Source: Macrostomum lignano
Lineage: Eukaryota
Length of the DNA: 64,000 nucleotides
Direction of reading: 5' to 3'
NCBI GenBank assembly: GCA_002269645.1
Contig: NIVC01002695.1
Location: 1-64,000 of the forward strand
Under the pieces are notes generated by a model that searched no databases, was not told the DNA's origin, and saw only the letters and a list, made by a program, of their open reading frames with translations. A program made the position numbers and the translations under genes. How positions within the stretch are numbered: position 1 is the stretch's first letter; each line of letters starts with the position of its first letter. Below, one piece after another: positions 62,626 to 64,000 of the stretch.

Positions 62626-64000
62626 CTAGCAATCTAGTGCGGCCCCCCTTCGGGGCGCCCAATAAGAAAGGAGCAAAAATAGTTCATGGAAAACAATAAA
62701 AAAACACATTTTCTTAAACACTAATTCCTTCTTCACATTTTAAAAATCACCTTATTCGTGTAAAATTGTCACGGACTAAGATGTTTGCAAAATTAAAAAA
62801 TCACTTTTTCTCTAAAATTAACAAACAGTCAACAAATATCGTTTCACTAAATAGAAAATATTCCCAAGACAGCAAGCAACCCCTCCAAAAGTGAACAATC
62901 GCAGATAGCAAGCATCCTCTAATGCTCATAGCAAGAATCACCACAGATAGCAAGCATCTGCAGATTAGCAAGCACCCCCAGATATTATAGAAGCATCCAC
63001 CCAGATAGCAAGCATCCACTCAGATAGCAAGCATTCTGCAGATATCAAGCACCCCCAGATATTATAGAAGCATCCTGCAGATAGCAAGCATCCTGCAGAT
63101 AGCAAGCACCCCCAGATATTATAGAAGCATCCACCCAGATAGCAAGCATCCTGCAGATAGCAAGAATCCCTAAATAGCAAGCATCCTGCAGATAGCAAGA
63201 ATCCCTGAATAGCAAGCATCCCTGGATAGAAAGAATCCCATGCATGTAGCCAGTACCCCCTCTCCCAAATAGCAAGTATCCCCCTCGAGAGCAAGCATCC
63301 ACGAGACAGCAAGTAGCTAGTGCAAATGTTACTTCCGCTAATGCAATAATCGCTTTCTCAGGTTGTGCAACAATCCACGTCTCAGCGAGCGCAATAATCT
63401 CTTTTTTAGACAGCGCAGTAATCAGCTTCTCAGCTAGTGCAATAATCCTTGGTTTATTAATAGCAATAATCCTTGATTAATCAAGTGCAATAATCCTTGG
63501 TTTATCAAGTGCAATAATCCTTGGTTTATCAAGTGCAGTAATCTTTGGCTTATCAAGTGCAATAATCCTTGGTTTATCAAGTGCAATAATCCTTTGTTTA
63601 TCAAGTGCAATAATCCTTGGTTTATCAAGTGCAATAATCCTTGGTTTATTAAGTGCATATCCTTTATTAATCCTTGGTTTGACATGGTGGCTCTTTATTG
63701 TTTGACATGGTGGCTCTTTAATGGTTAACCTGGTGGCTCTTTTATGTTTGACACGGCGGCTCTCTAATGTTTGACAAAGTGGCTATTTAATGTTCGAAAT
63801 GGTGGCTCTTTAAAGTTTGAAATAAAGTCACATATATGTTTGACATGGTGGCTCTTAAATGTTTGACATGGTGGCTCTTAAATGTTTTGACATGTTGGCT
63901 CTTAAATGTTTTGACATGGTGGCTCTTAAATGTTTGACGTGGAGTCACATATATGTTTGACATAGTGCTTATTTTATGTTTGGCATGGTGGCTCTTTTAT
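62626..64000 (-). mobile_element. Helitron-like unit 8 (unit-2 subfamily 3' end; 24-bp array then 23-bp array), runs off the window
   Basis: Hairpin GCGCCCCGAAGGGGGCCGC and CTAG followed by T. 62700-63300 is homologous to 28420-28800. Confidence 0.72.

Noticed and set aside
26090-63685. Dozens of short ORFs (MSNIKEPPCQTLKSH..., GDACYLG..., SAVILGLS...)
   Set aside because: All are frames of the 23-, 19- and 24-bp repeats.

Overview
Eukaryotic (metazoan) genomic DNA with spliceosomal GT-AG introns. The Ala/Gln-rich proteins and minisatellite-filled introns resemble a flatworm such as Macrostomum, but that is inference only. The first ~25.7 kb is genic. On the minus strand are a ~13-finger C2H2 zinc-finger gene broken by ~10 single-base deletions, a 3-exon TDP-43-like gene and a 5-exon type II pantothenate kinase. 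Also present are a mariner element with an intact D,D34D transposase ORF, three ERLEC1-like plus-strand exons with a claudin-like 4-TM gene nested antisense in one intron, and hAT-type MITEs. Most introns hold their own tandem repeat. From ~17.8 to 23 kb there is a strongly CpG-depleted, CTA/TAG-enriched domain, and MITE copies inside it have lost most CpGs relative to a copy outside. The remaining ~38 kb (25751-64000) is not plain satellite. It is a stack of eight non-autonomous Helitron-like units on the minus strand, seven joined head-to-tail (hairpin+CTAG followed directly by TC/TT). The six units with an intact 5' end each carry a tRNA-like Pol III cassette, and the units carry internally expanded 19-, 23-, 24- or ~15/28-bp satellites, the 23-bp one with higher-order structure. 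Most long ORFs in the supplied track are artefacts of these repeats.
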